Shown here piece after piece: positions 1-11,621 of a stretch of 64,000 bases of DNA. The position numbers were made by a program, and so were the translations under genes. Within the stretch, counting starts at the first letter, position 1, and each line of letters opens with the position of its first letter. This stretch comes from Nageia nagi (taxonomy: Eukaryota > Plantae > Pinophyta), in contig JBITNC010000002.1 of NCBI GenBank assembly GCA_050084985.1, positions 3,410,001 through 3,474,000 on the forward strand, in the 5' to 3' direction. The notes beneath the pieces were generated by a model. It did not search any database. It had not been told where the DNA came from and saw only the letters and a program-made list of their open reading frames with translations.

Positions 1-3000
1 AAAATAAGTTGAAACTATGGTGAATATTTCTATCCATAGGCATAGTTTGAAAATCAAACCAACATCCATCAAAACTATCAACCTCCTTTTGCAAGGCAAC
101 ATACTTTGGGAATATAAATGTACATTAGATAATGTTACAAGTGCAATACTAGGTGTTACAAAAAATATTATCATGAATGACCCCTTTGTAGCTTGTTACT
201 TCATCAAATATACTTAATCTTTCATTTCCTAAATTTAGTTTCTCCCAACATCTCCATCAATACTATGCCTTAATGATGAATCAATCAAGAGAAGCATACA
301 AAAATTAGAGTTGATTCTATACCTTTTTATAATGATTACATGGTTTTCCAAGCTTCTAAAAATCTCTTTCCCTAAGTTGTACATATCTCCCTTGCCAACA
401 TTTTGAATTAAACCAACCTCATGCATAAAAATTTCCAATTCTTCTTCTATATAATTCATCCGTTTGACTATCCAACAATAATGGTTCACATCAAATACCC
501 CATAAGAAATTATCTCAACTAAAGTTACTCTATATGTATCATCTATTGGAATCCTTTTCTATTGCACTAAGGCTCCCAAGGGAAAAATTTAGAAATCATC
601 CTCCACAATATAATTTCCCATATCAATCACCACTTGATTCAACAATGCTCCTAGATTCCATGATATTTTGTGCTCTTGTTTTCTATGAATCTATTCAAGT
701 TGCTAATTCCTCGCAAAAAACCATTTCTTCATATATCAAACAATTTTAAATTTTTATTCACAAGGACATTATTCATTTTACAAAGTAATTTTAACATGAC
801 AATTTCAAGTATATATACCAATCTACACTTACTCTTTTTATCCATCATACAATCATCAAACAAGAAAAAGGATAAAATTTTCTCACCTATTTTCTTGAGG
901 GATGGATTAGTGCCCTTTGTGCTCCTCATGAAGTTAAATGATTGCCATGGATAATTATTTATTGTAGTCTTCATCAAATAGTCCTCATTTGGATAGTTTA
1001 AAGCTACCCCTTAAAAACAAATTAGTCCCAATGGTTCCTAATGTTACGTCCAAAAAATAACCTTCATTTAGAGAATTGATAACTACTCTTTCAATATAAA
1101 AATTAGTCTCAATGTATTCCAATATTGCCTCTATAAGACTATTTATTATTATCCAAAAAACTTCAAGAAAATTTGCTTAATATGCACCAATAAGACTCAG
1201 AAGAGAAGGAAAATATATATCAATAGCATGAATTATTAACACATAATATGTGAACAAAATTAGGAGCCTTATAAATTCATTCTCTTTGTATCCAATGAAT
1301 AACGTAGCTCTTTTCAACCAATAATTGATAATGTTTTTCATACATTTCAATCACTATGTTATTGTCCATAATAATAGTAATCAGGTACTCATACACTCAA
1401 TCTCCCTATTTTCCCCTTAACAATCAATATTTCTAAACCCATATTGTTGTTCAAATAGTCATCTCAAAATTTCTTCAATTACACTATCGAGTGGGTGCAA
1501 GAATCTACTTAATGCCAAAAAGTGGAAGTGTTTTCCTTTATTTTCAAGTTTGGGTATGATTGATATCAAAATTTGAAGAACTTAGACATGGAATCATGAA
1601 AAAGGTCATTGCGATGAAAATATAGTTCTCCAAATCTAGTTTTCAAATATATAATTTATTTCAATACCCAAAACATAGAATTTAAAATTTAATAGGATGA
1701 ACAAAAATCACTTTTTTAAAAAAATCATTTTTGGACCATACCATGCATGTGTCCATCCAACATAATTTGACTAAAATCAAGGTATTTTTTAAAATACTTT
1801 TAGGAAAAGATACCGAACACATTGGAGCTTGTTATGGATATTTTTCCATTATTTTTCCATTAATATTTTTTTATTAATTTTATACCGAGCATGTTTGTGG
1901 TTTCGAAAAGTGCTCGTGTGTCCAACATAATTTGATATATTAAAGTTAATATTTTTTCATTTTTTTTATTCTTATAGAGAATTTTGTGATGCTTGTCCCT
2001 ATACAATTTTTTTTTTTCATAATTCCCCCCAAACAAAACTTATTAAGAAAATATGAGATCCTAATATTTCAAGTATATGGACCACTTTTACTAAAAAAAT
2101 TGAAAAATACAAAATCTTATCCAATTGTAAAAAAGTTATATATTTGAAATCTGCATTCTTTAATCTATAATGGATTTTAATTTCATGAAAAAATTCTACC
2201 AAAAACTCCATCAAACATATGCTTGAAGTTGAGATTTTTCATTAACATTGCCATGAACATATACTTGCAGGTCCAACACTAAGTGTTGGCTCACTAATCA
2301 TTTTCAGAGCCTAAATCCAAGGTGAAATTGGAGATTCAAATGTTAGGATCTTAATAAATAATGTATGTATTTTAGTTTTAAATATCAGGATCTCAAACCT
2401 AAATTAGGATCCTAATTTTTTTAACATTAAATTTTTACTTCACTGATTTTTCCCCACTTCCCCTTTAAGTGGACTCAACTTCTTGATTTCATCCTATCAA
2501 AGTTTCCAAATCTATAATATAGACCAATCAAGTAATTCAAAGTCTTTTTGTGCAATTTTACAATTTGTGATAACCCTAGAACTTTTTGCAAATCTAAAAT
2601 TCTCATCCATGTAACTTAATTCATTAAAAGTCAAATAATTAGGCATGAGATTGTTACCTTGGTGTTCCTCATAAGGTCATACTACTGTAATTCTTTAATT
2701 TATAACTTATTTATGCTTTATAAATTACTTCTTTTCCTTTCCCAATGAATGGTTTCCTTGGTATCCCTTCTTCCAAATATGATCCTACTGCTATCCTTCC
2801 ACAATAGTACCTTGTTTATTTAAGCTCATGAGTGAGATCTTCAGTCTTTGCCCTTATTTGTCTAAATTTTTTATCTATAAACATCCTATCATGACTAATC
2901 ATGTGTGCAAGAATACTATTTTAAAATTCCTCTATGGTGCCCTTAATATTTTGCAAATCATCAATAAAACCCTTGGCATTATCTAATTTAGATAATGCTT

Positions 3001-3610
3001 GTACCTCATGTTTAGTAGTTACCAATAATTTTTCTTTCCTACTACCTTCATGAATGCTAGAACATTCCCAACCTAATGAACTGCTACTATAATTCATATA
3101 AAATTTAAAATTAGTATCATACCTTTCAACATTATCTTTATGGTTATCCCATGTTTCAAATATCTCTTCATCAAGACTTATCCCCTTTCCTTCTTGATCA
3201 TAATTAGTCTCATGTAACAACAATTTCAATTTATCTTCAAGGAAAGAGTCAATCATCTCAACATTATCTCCTTTTCATGACTCCTAAAATAAAATTTATA
3301 CAACTCCTTATTTAAGATGAAATTTATCCCAAACTGATCCTTCTTCATATTTAGATGCCAAAATACTTGTATCCCATGCATCTAATGGTTGATGTCTTTC
3401 TTTAGAAAGAGTGTGCTCAATTTGAAACTTAATTTTCAAATCAAAGAAGTTTAGACTATGGTGAACATTTATATCCTAGGCATACTTTGAAAATAAAACT
3501 AACATTCATCAAAACTCTTATTACTTAAATATGATTTGAAAAATCTCATTTTCTCACCTTCATCAGTCAAAACTAAACCTAACATCCATCAAAAATATCA
3601 AAATTAATGA
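1..3610. mobile_element. Highly degenerate repeat or retroelement-like remnant, interrupted by a MITE at 1489-2494
   Basis: No intact ORF. Internal direct duplication: 6-80 (AAGTTGAAACTATGGTGAATATTT...AACATCCATCAAAAC) recurs at about 3447-3520 and partly at 3570-3603. Family not identifiable by eye. Confidence 0.35.
1489..2494. mobile_element. Non-autonomous DNA transposon/MITE, copy 1 of 3 (Sola2-like termini)
   Basis: Starts GAGTGGGTGCAAGAA and ends AAGTGGACTCAACTTCTTGATTTCATCC. 4-bp TSD TATC at 1485-1488 and 2495-2498. Colinear with 26668-27764 and 48414-49414. Confidence 0.85.
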
Positions 3611-4288
3611 GAATATAACACCATCTATACTGAGAAGTAGCAAATAGGTGATATGTTAATATTTAGTCAACAATCTTAAAACTAGTAATAAGATGTATTA
3701 ATTATCATTTGACTTACAAGATTTCATGCCAATGTGTAGTATTTTTGAAGATTTATATATTTCATTAGTTATTTTGGAATAATACAATCAGTAATTCTCT
3801 TTTGACCAAACTAATTATAAGTTCTAATTGAATTTTATTTAATTAATCATATTAAAATATATAATTATACTTTTTGATATTAAAATTTAATCACATTAGT
3901 CAAATATTATCTCTTTTTGATTTCAAACTTATAATTTTGAAATTTGAATATATATGTTTTTCATTTTTATATTTACTAAAGATTTACTAAAATGTGATCT
4001 TTATTGAAAGAGAGCACTTTTAAGCATTAATAACTCTATCAAAATAAAATATACAATATAAATTAATTTCTATGTTGTTTGATATATATATATAATAAAT
4101 TTGATAGAGTAAGAAAACAAAAATAAAGATAACACTAACTATATTGAGGAGCAACAAGAGACATCACAATATGTTTTAGTGCTATCGCCAAAAAAAGAAG
4201 TGATATGTTCAAAGTTAGTTGACAATCTTAAAAATAAAAATAAGATGTATTAATTATAATTCATATGTAAATTTGGAGTAATACAATG

Positions 4289-4354
4289 TACTCCCTAAAG
4301 GCCTCCCATAGACCGCTCTTGGTCTCGAGAGGGTTAATAAAATTTCTTTCTTTC
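4289..4354 (+). mobile_element. Very short 5'-truncated retroposon 3' tail (stem-loop, AATAAA, (TTTC)n)
   Basis: Interrupts the module motif TAATACAATG|AGTAATTCTCTTTTGA. Contains CCCATAGACCGCTCTTGGTC...TTAATAAAATTTCTTTCTTTC. Related sequences at 5513-5646 (-) and 40322-40430 (+). Confidence 0.65.
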
Positions 4355-5512
4355 TTTTGATCAAAATAATTAATAAGTTTTAATTTAATTTTATTTAATT
4401 AATCATATTAAAAATTATAATTACATTTTTTGATATAAGTAAAAGTTTAAATTTTTTAAATTTTAAATTTTAAATTTTGGAGTTTAAAAAATATATTTTT
4501 CATTTTTATAATTAAATAGTTCAATCTAAAGTGGGGCGTTTATTGGAAGAAAGCACTATGAAGCATTAATACCTAGATTTGATCAAAGATGTATTAAAAT
4601 AATTTATTAGGTTTTTTTTATATATTGCATTTCTTTTGAATAAAAATATATTAATTTATATGAAATAATAAACAAATGATAAAAATAATATCATTCATAA
4701 TAATAAATATGAATTTTTTGCTGGTGTGGATAAGGTTTTTACTGAAGAGATCTCCTAAGATAGTGAATCTAATTCTAGTGTATAAATTTGCATAAATGAA
4801 CTACTAATAAAAAAATAGTTATAAATACTAACAATAATCTAAAGTGTGGCCTTTATTGAAAGAAAACACTTTGAAGCATTAATAACTCTATCGAAATAAA
4901 AAAATAAAAAAATCTTTTTTATTTTGTTTGTTATATTTTTTCTTTTATAAAGTTAAAAAGTAATTAAATCTCTTAATTTTTATTTTCTCAATATGATAAG
5001 AATAAGTAAACAAACTAACATTTAATACCACCTATATTGAGGAGTAGATAAATTTTAATTTTATTTTATATGAAACTTACAATTACTCTTTTTGATTTCA
5101 AACTTGTAATTTTGGATTTTGAAAATATATGTTTTTCATTTTTATAATTAAGTGGTTCAATTTAAAGTGGGACATTTATTGGAAGAGAACACTATGAAGC
5201 ATTAATACCTTGATTTGATTAAAGATGCATTGAAGCAATTTATTAGATTTTTTCTATAATTTTTTTTAAATAAAAATATATTAATTTATATGAAATAATA
5301 AATAAGAAATATATAATAAAAATAACATCATTCAGAATAAGAAGTATAAAAGTTTTTGCTGGTATGGATGAGAGGATGATATGGAATCTAATTCCAATGT
5401 ATAAATCTATATAAATGAACTACCAATAAAAAAAAGATATAAATATATATTTTTGTTCTAATGAATGACACTTCATAATTAAAAAATTTCCACATTAAAT
5501 CATTAAAGTTTT

Positions 5513-5646
5513 TGAAAGAATGAAATTTTATTAATGTCATTGGAAGAAAGGAGCTATCTATGGGATGACTATAGGGAGTACATTGTATGACTCTTGATGA
5601 TTAGAATATGGGACACTATGTGAAACAAGGTCACAACATGACCAAC
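5513..5646 (-). mobile_element. 5'-truncated retroposon 3' tail, same family as 4289-4354
   Basis: Reverse complement reads CATACAATGTACTCCCTATAGTCATCCCATAGA...CATTAATAAAATTTCATTCTTTC. Confidence 0.6.
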
Positions 5647-8600
5647 TTAACCAATTCTTATATATTAAAAATTTAATTTATGATCTTAAAAGGTGTAAAT
5701 TTAGAATATTAACAATTCATTATGGTTGATGTAAATTAAACAATATTTTCCAAATAAAATTACAAGAAGTCCAGACTCCTATACAGATTGAAACTTCCAA
5801 CATCAAGGTAAGAAACCAATAAACCTAAAATTAATTATCACAAATGAAAAAATAACAACACCTATGTTATGAATCAAGAGAAATCATGATATGTTTTGGT
5901 GTTATCACAAAAAAAGAGGTGATGTGTTTAGAGTTAGTCAACAATCTTAAAAATAACAATATAAGATGTATAAAATTATCATTTGACTTACAAGATTTCA
6001 TGTGATTATGTAGCATTTTTCCATAATTATATATTTCATTAGTTACTTTGAAATAATACAATCAGTAATTCTCTTTTGATCAAACTACTTAATAAGTTCT
6101 AATTGACTTTAATTTAATTAATCATATTAAAATTTACAATTATACTTTTTGATATTAGTTAAATATTAACTCTTTTTGATTTAAAACTTAAAAATTTGAA
6201 GTTTTGAATATATATATTTTTCATTTTTATATTTAAATACTTTTATTTAAAGTGTGACCTTTATTTGAAAAGAGCACTTTGAAGCATCAATACCTCTATT
6301 GAAATAAAAAAATACAATATAAAATTATTTTTATGTTGTTTTATATACTTTTTCTTTTAGAAAATAGATGACAAGATAACACTACTTATATTGAGGAGCA
6401 ACAAGAGACACCACAATAAATTTTAGTGCTATCACAAAAAAAGAGGTGATATATTCAAAGTTGATCAATAATATTAAAAACAACAATAAGATGTATTAAT
6501 TATAATTTAACTTACAAGATTTCACATGAGTATCATTCTTCAAGATTTATATATTTCATCTGTAACTTTCTAATAATACAATGAGTAATTCTCTTTTGAA
6601 AAAATAATTAATAAATTTTAATTTAATTTTATTTAATTAATTATATTAAAAATTACAATTACACTTTTTGATATTAGTAAAATTTTAAGTTTTTTTATTT
6701 TATTTTAAATTTATAATTTTGGATTTTGGAGTTTGAAAAAATATGATTTTTCTTTTCTTTTTCTTTTTATAATTAAATGGTTCAATGTAAAGTGGGGCAT
6801 TTATTGGAAGACAACACTATGAGGCATTAATACCTAGATTTGATCAAAGATTTATTGAAATAAATTATTAGGTTTTTTCTATAAATTATAATTTTTAAAT
6901 AAATAATATATTAATTTATATGAAATAATAAATAATAAATAAATAATAAAAATAACTCATTCATAATAAAAAGTATGAAGCTTTTTACTTGCATAAATAA
7001 ACTACCAATTAAAAAAAGTAAAAGATATAAATGTATATTTTTGTTGAAATGAATGACACTTAAAGAAATTTTCACATTAACTCACTAAATTTTTTGAAGA
7101 CCATGAATGATCATTATATATATATAAAGTAAGAAGTGGTTTTAAAAAAATTCTAAATCTATCTATATCTTGATTGTTGGTTGAGTTGATCATGTGTTGA
7201 ATTTAATATAATTTACCTTTTACCTTAAAACTTCCCAATAATAAGCATAACAAAAATTGTATAATATATATCTTTTACTATTAAATATTCTGTCTTTTAA
7301 ATTTATTATATTTACTTTCCATAGTTTGTTTCATTTCAAAAAAGAAGATATATTAATTTTAATTTTAAGAAAATAACTTTAAAAATATGCGTATTTATTA
7401 TTCTTCAATAATATTAAAGAATAATAAATATGCATATTTTAAAGTTTATAAAAATATATAAAATTATTTTTATGCTTTTTGATATATTTTTTCTTTTATA
7501 AAGTAGAAAATAACTATAGCTCTTAATATTTATTTGCTTAATACGACAAAAGTAAAAAAATAAATGAGAAGATAAAACCACCTATGTTGAGGAGTATCAC
7601 TATATGTTGTTTTGTTATCACAAAAAAAGAGAGGTGATATGTTAAGTGTTAGTCAACACTCTTTAAAAAAACAATCAAATGTATTAATTATCATTTGATT
7701 TAGAATATTTCATGCAATTATGAAGCATTTTTCAAGATTTATATATTTCATCCATTACTTTGGAATTGAATAATACTACGAGTAATTCTCTTTTGATTAA
7801 ACTAATTAATAATTTCTAATTGAATTTTATTTAATTAATCATATTAAAATTTACAATTGATTTCAAACTATATATATGTGTGTGTCAAATATTAACTGTT
7901 TTCTTTTATAAAGTGAAAAAATAATTAAAGTTCTTAATATTTATTTGTAGAGTAAGAAAACAAATGAAAAGATAACACTATCTATATTGAGGAGCAACAA
8001 GAGACCTAATAATTGGTTTCAGTGCTATCACCAAAAAAGAGTTGATATGTTCAAAGTTAGTCAACAATCTTAAAAACAACAATAAGATGTATTAATTATA
8101 ATTTGACTTACAAGATTTGTCATGATTGTGTAGGAGTCTTCAAGATATATATATATATTTCATCTGTAACTTTGGAATAATACAATGAGTGAATCTCTTT
8201 TGACCAAAATATTTAGTAAGTTTTAATTTAATTAATCATATTAAAAATTACAATTGTAAAATTTAACTATTTTTTATTTTAAATTTATAATTTTGAAAAA
8301 CTATATTTTCCATTTTTATAATTAAATGGTTCAATCTAAAGTGGGGCATTTATTGGAAGAAAGCATTACAAGTATTAATACTTGGATTTGATCAAATATG
8401 TATTGAAATAATTTATTAATTTTTTTTCTATAATTTAAGTTTTTAAATAAAAAATATGTTAAATTATATGAAATAATAAATAATAAATAAATGATAAAAA
8501 TAATATCATTCACAATAAAAAGTATGAAGGTTTTTGCTAACATGGATGAAGTAGGATGTGATTTTGATTGATTTTAACTAAAAAGAACCCCTCAATACCT

Positions 8601-9026
8601 AATCTAGTTCCAATGTATAAATTTGAATAAATAAATTACCAATAAAAAAATATAAATATATATTTTTGTTGAAATGAAAGATAGTTCATAATTAAGAAAT
8701 TCCCACGTTAGCTCACTAAACTATTTGAAGACCATAATAATAAATTCTTATGCATTACACATTTGGTCTCTAAGTAAATCTAGAATATGAACTTGATGCA
8801 AATTAAACAATGTTTTCCAAATAAACTTACAAAAAGTCCAAAGACCTATGCATAATGAAACTTCGAAATGTTAAGATGAGAAAACAGTAAAACTAAAATT
8901 AATACTCGGCGCGCAAAGATTTTCTGAGTAGACAAATTAATACCTAGCACTGGAAATTGGGTAAAAGCTTTGCCGAGTAGACAAATTGTGTCGTGTATAT
9001 CCATTCCACAAGGCCTGTCTTAACCC

Positions 9027-9034
9027 TATAAAAA
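9027..9034 (+). promoter_or_regulatory. TATA box of PL-A
   Basis: TATAAAAA about 110 nt upstream of ATG 9140. Conserved in PL-B (38099-38106, -). Confidence 0.7.
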
Positions 9035-9139
9035 GGCCTCCGATGACTGTCCAAAGCACTCACCCACCCTAAGCATATGTTAGTGTTCTTCTTGGAAGCA
9101 TAGATATTAGGGGGAAACCTCTATTTTGCATGTATTTTG

Positions 9140-10667
9140 ATGGGTATGGAAGGTTTGATGGGGTTGATGTTGCTGATAGGGTTGTTCTGGCTTGGGATAT
9201 GTTCCGTTTCTCTGAGTCAAGCTGAAACTCTTGAGAAGAAGTATGAGTTTAAACAGCTATAACTTTTAATGCTAATTTACTTTGTTTGTGAATATGCATG
9301 TATGTGCTGAAGTGTATGGTTGTTGCATAATTGCAGGAGCATGAAGAGCAGGATTGGAGAGTTGGGCTATTTGTCATGTGGAACAGGCAATTCCATTGAT
9401 GATTGCTGGAGGTGCGATCCCAACTGGGAACGGAACAGAAAGACGCTTGCTGAGTGCGCCATTGGATTCGGAAGAAACGCCATGGGAGGAAAGGAGGGAA
9501 GATTCTATGTTGTGACGGATCCGGGCGATGACGACCCGTGAACCCCCGGCCAGGCACTCTCCGGCACGCCGTGATCCAAACAGAGCCTCTGTGGATCGTG
9601 TTCAAGCGAGACATGGCGATCCAGCTGAAGGAGGAGTTGATTATGAACAGCTTCAAGACCATCGACGGTCGCGGCGCCAACGTGCACATAGCCAATGGGC
9701 CATGCATTACAATACAGAACGTCAGCAACATCATAATCCATGGAATCCATATTCACGACTGCAAGCCCGGAGGGGACGCCATGGTGCGGAGTTCGCCCAC
9801 GCATTTCGGGTGGAGAACGATTTCGGATGGGGATGGGATCTCCATGTTCGGTGCTACTAACATCTGGGTGGATCATTGCTCTCTCTCCAAATGTGCGGAC
9901 GGCCTAATTGACGCCATCAGGGGATCCACCGCCATAACAATCTCTAACAATTACTTTACTCACCACGACAAGGTTCCATCTCCTAAACTCTGAGTCTTCA
10001 AGAAAAGGTTCCATCATGGGCTATATGCTTACTATGATGTTGATATCGTTGCAGGTCATGCTGCTGGGTCACAGTGACGCCTACACCAAAGACAAAATGA
10101 TGCAGGTTACTATAGCATTCAATCACTTTGGGGAAGGGCTTGTGAAGCGAATGCCAAGGTAAAAACAAGTCCCTCAAATGTTATTAGGGCTTTATGTCAA
10201 AGGAAAGCTTCTTTGACGTCTGAGGTTTAAACATGCAGATGCCGGCATGGCCACTTCCATGTGGTGAACAACGACTACACGCACTGGATAATGTACGCCA
10301 TCGGGGGCAGCGCTGGCCCGACCATCATCAGCCAGGGAAACCGCTACCTCGCGCCCAACAATCGTTTCGCCAAAGAGGTAACACATCTCTCTTGAGTATT
10401 AGAATTTCACACTCGGGAAATAAAATCCGTATCTAATTCGTTTCTCCATTTGTGAAGGTTACCAAACGTGAGAGCGGCAACCCGGAGGAATGGAAGAAGT
10501 GGAACTGGGTATCCGAGGGAGATCTCATGTTAAACGGAGCCTACTTTTCTGCTTCTGGAGCAGAAGCTTCTGCGTCTACATATGCCAATACGTCATCGAG
10601 TATGGAGGCGAAATCGTCAACCCTTGTAGGAGCTCTCACCAGAAGCGCAGGGCCACTGTTTCTCTAG
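9140..10667 (+). pseudogene. Pectate lyase (PL1) PL-A with a 1-nt frameshift. Exons 9140-9240, 9337-9972, 10055-10158, 10239-10377, 10458-10667
   Basis: Signal-peptide-like exon 1 ([29 protein letters not shown]). Motifs [56 protein letters not shown]. All introns GT-AG. CCC at 9535-9537 where PL-B has CCCC gives an immediate TGA (9539-9541). Confidence 0.88.
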
Positions 10668-10703
10668 GACAGGATCTCGCTGCCACTGACTTTCACCTAT
10701 TCA

Positions 10704-10866
10704 TGCATTCCAATATACACCTCTGCAATAACATTTCTTGTTGGCCTCTATATGTATATGTACGAGGGAGCATTTGTAATTTGTGACGCATTCCAATATA
10801 CACCTACGGAATAAAATCTTGCTGGCCTATACATTGTGAGTATATGTATGAGAAAGCATTTGTACT
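10704..10866 (+). repeat. About 83-bp tandem duplication in the 3' UTR (also in PL-B, about 36265-36428)
   Basis: GCATTCCAATATACACCT...GGCCT...GTATATGTA.GAG..AGCATTTGTA occurs twice. The units carry AATAAC and AATAAA respectively. Confidence 0.8.
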
Positions 10867-11563
10867 CCAAGAATGCATAGTTTTTTTCAACATATCTTCT
10901 TCTGATAGGATTGACACATAGACATGCAAGGTATCAAACTTCTCACAAACTATTTGGTCTCCAAAGCATCTTGAATGTTATTTTCTTTTGGTGTTCTAGA
11001 AGCTCACATGATGTTACTTATAGAATCATAACTTATATTTAAACTTTTTCATGAAAATTTTGAAGCTAATTTTAAACAAATCAATAAAATTAAATATATT
11101 AATTTTTATTAAAAACTATATATTTAATTAATGATAATTTACAAAATTATACAATTAAAAAGTATAATATCAAATTCTTCAATTGAAATCAACTTAATGT
11201 TTGAAGTTTTCTATATTATTATATATTTATGAATAAAGATTATTTATTTAATTAAACTTATAATCTGTTTTGAACTTTATAATTGATAAAAATGATAAAT
11301 TCAATAGTCTTCAAATTAAAATATCATTTAAGAAATTATTTATGAAAATAAGTGTTATTATAATCCATGATGGAGATATCTTGTTTGAGCTTAGAGACAG
11401 AGGTTTGTTAAAACTTGGTACACTAGATGTTATAGTGGAAGTGAGGAGATAAAATGGAACCCATAAAGAGGCATATGTAAAAAGTAACAATAAACTTGAT
11501 AAGGATCACTAACCATTTGAAGAGAGAAGTCTCATACATAGAAGTTATAATTCAAATGTAACA

Positions 11564-11621
11564 TATAGTGATGATGGATTCATCATTATATATATATAGT
11601 GATGAATCCATCATCACTATA
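11564..11621. repeat. 58-bp near-perfect palindrome
   Basis: TATAGTGATGATGGATTCATCATTA-TATATATA-TAGTGATGAATCCATCATCACTATA; one mismatch between the arms. Confidence 0.9.

Larger units (their letters stand above)
3611..8902 (+). repeat. Array of reiterated AT-rich modules upstream of PL-A
   Basis: Recurring motifs ATATTGAGGAGCAACAAGAGAC (about 4141, 6389, 7985; variants at 3628, 5035, 7584), TAGTCAACAATCTTAAAA...AATAAGATGTATTAATTAT (3664, 4217, 5935, 6460, 7650, 8058) and AAAGTGGGGCATTTATTGGAAGA (4528, 5164, 6789, 8338). Confidence 0.85.

Noticed and set aside
4528-4575. Module motif AAAGTGGGGCATTTATTGG as a PPT/LTR junction (similar to AAAGTGGGGCATCTATT near 57930)
   Set aside because: No PBS, TSD, TG..CA boundaries or pol remnants accompany the modules, and the similarity is too short to support.
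17-8543. Short AT-rich ORFs in the ORF track outside the PL genes
   Set aside because: Low-complexity I/L/F/K/N-rich translations within repeats; no recognisable domains or splice structure.
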